A DNA stretch of 64,000 nt from Basidiobolus meristosporus CBS 931.73. Its lineage: Eukaryota; Fungi; Basidiobolomycota. Made by a program: the position numbers and the translations under genes. The DNA is taken from NCBI GenBank assembly GCA_002104905.1, contig MCFE01000044.1, positions 124,001 through 188,000 of the forward strand, in the 5' to 3' direction. Positions 63,301 to 64,000 of the stretch are shown one piece after another (within the stretch, counting starts at the first letter, position 1; every line of letters starts with the position of its first letter). The notes beneath the pieces are model-generated. The model was not told the origin of the DNA and searched no databases. It saw only the letters and a program-made list of their open reading frames with translations.

Positions 63301-64000
63301 ATGTGACCACTATTTTCTGAGTCGCAATAGTAATAGTTGCCATAAGCTGTATTCTGGCATATGTCAATCACATCTTGTGGAATCTTGGGGGTGCTTGTCA
63401 CTGAGCTTGAAGTACTAGTGCTGGTACCAGATGGAGAACTTGGGAGAGGCTCAGAACCGGAAACCGAAGCAGTGGAGGTAGATATGCTGCTTGGGGACAG
63501 AACAGGAGATGAGCTAGGGGATGTTGTGGAGACGGTGCTACTGGTGCTGCTGCTAGATGTGCTGCTACTGCCAGATGTAGGTGCGGTGCTGGAGTCAGAG
63601 CTGGAGCTGGTGGTCTGTTTAGAACATGGACCAGACACCGGTGTTCCTGGTACATTACACGCGTACTCTACCAGGCCTTGGTAGCCGCAAATGTCGCCTT
63701 GAGCACAACACATAATTTCTGGTCCATATCCCTGGTTACAGTAGTACATGTGGCCACTATTTTCTGAGTCGCAATAGTAGTAGTTGCCATAAGCTGTATT
63801 TTGGCATATGTCTATCACGTTTTGAGGTATCTTGGAGCTATCCATCACATAGCTATCACCACTGGTGCTCGAACTGGCAGCTGAGCTAGAAGGATAGCTG
63901 CACACTGGATTAACTCCATTATCATGGCAAACTTGACCTGCGGGACACGCCTGCGGAGACCATTCTCCATTAGTGCACTCACCGATACTCTGTGAGTCAA
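48166..64000 (-). CDS. Giant (>5,200 aa) modular cell-surface/secreted mucin-like protein with multiple CBM19-like Cys modules; 5' end beyond the window; one apparent frameshift
   Basis: Stop-free frame from 64000 to 48498. A second frame starting near 48615 continues in matching composition to the C-terminal Cys module ending CDWA* at 48166. Confidence 0.85.
48780..49270 (-). repeat. 12 x 42-nt coding repeat (AKSEGHNSQKPTEP)
   Basis: gagttgtgaccctccga recurs every 42 nt from about 48783 to 49245. Confidence 0.95.
49270..54430 (-). repeat. About 15 x 327-nt (109-aa) Thr/Val/His-rich coding repeat plus one diverged copy
   Basis: ccatggggaactacag at 49519, 49846, 50173 ... 53767; one unit is 324 nt. 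Confidence 0.95.
54480..58120 (-). repeat. His/Glu/Lys/Ser 14-aa coding repeat (SKAPHSSEEHKPTE), roughly 80-90 units with SVEPKSPK variants
   Basis: 42-nt periodic gggcttgtgctcttcgctagagtgg motif throughout; count estimated from length. Confidence 0.92.
58150..59400 (-). repeat. About 16 x 75-nt Ser/Val/Thr coding repeat (SPVVSPSSTSSSSSSAIVSSVASTS)
   Basis: gaaacaactggtgacga every 75 nt from 58243 to 59296. Confidence 0.93.
59400..63850 (-). repeat. 10 x ~450-475-nt unit: 8-Cys module plus Ser/Thr linker
   Basis: Ten copies of KIPQNVIDQC..YYYCDSENSGHMYYCNQG..CCAQGDVCGYQGLV.YACN.PG..SGPC counted. Confidence 0.95.

Noticed and set aside
48999-63684. Long plus-strand ORFs (725, 489, 428, 426, 394 aa etc.) over the repeat region
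   Set aside because: Antisense shadows of the stop-poor repetitive minus-strand gene; they mirror its periodicity and lack independent starts or domains.

Overview
Compact, intron-rich fungal genomic DNA. Gene content, intron signals and a U12-type intron point to an early-diverging fungus; Zoopagomycota/Basidiobolus is my inference, not proven. Bases 1-48 kb hold about 28 densely packed, mostly housekeeping genes: CFA-type methyltransferase, TANGO2, MedA, SNU23, mL53, NSE3, a divergent EF-1alpha, REX3, UBP8, RPL16, TAF10, ATG5, NNF1, QDPR, GCH1, uL10m, BMT2, F-box/LRR, ATF1, UCH37, SF3A1, GATA factor, C2 protein and a divergent DHTKD1-like E1. A few intronless bacterial-looking or orphan genes are mixed in. 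The last 16 kb (48166-64000, minus strand) is one intronless, giant (>5,200 aa, open at the window edge) modular protein. It has CBM19-like Cys modules at both ends, ten tandem 8-Cys variants of that module, and four distinct low-complexity repeat blocks. A single apparent frameshift in a G5 run (48598-48602) separates it from its C-terminal module. Other highlights: a U12-type intron in SF3A1, an adjacent QDPR-GCH1 (BH4 pathway) pair, and active-site substitutions in the EF-1alpha and 2-oxoacid dehydrogenase paralogs. All exon boundaries were read by eye and no searches were run.
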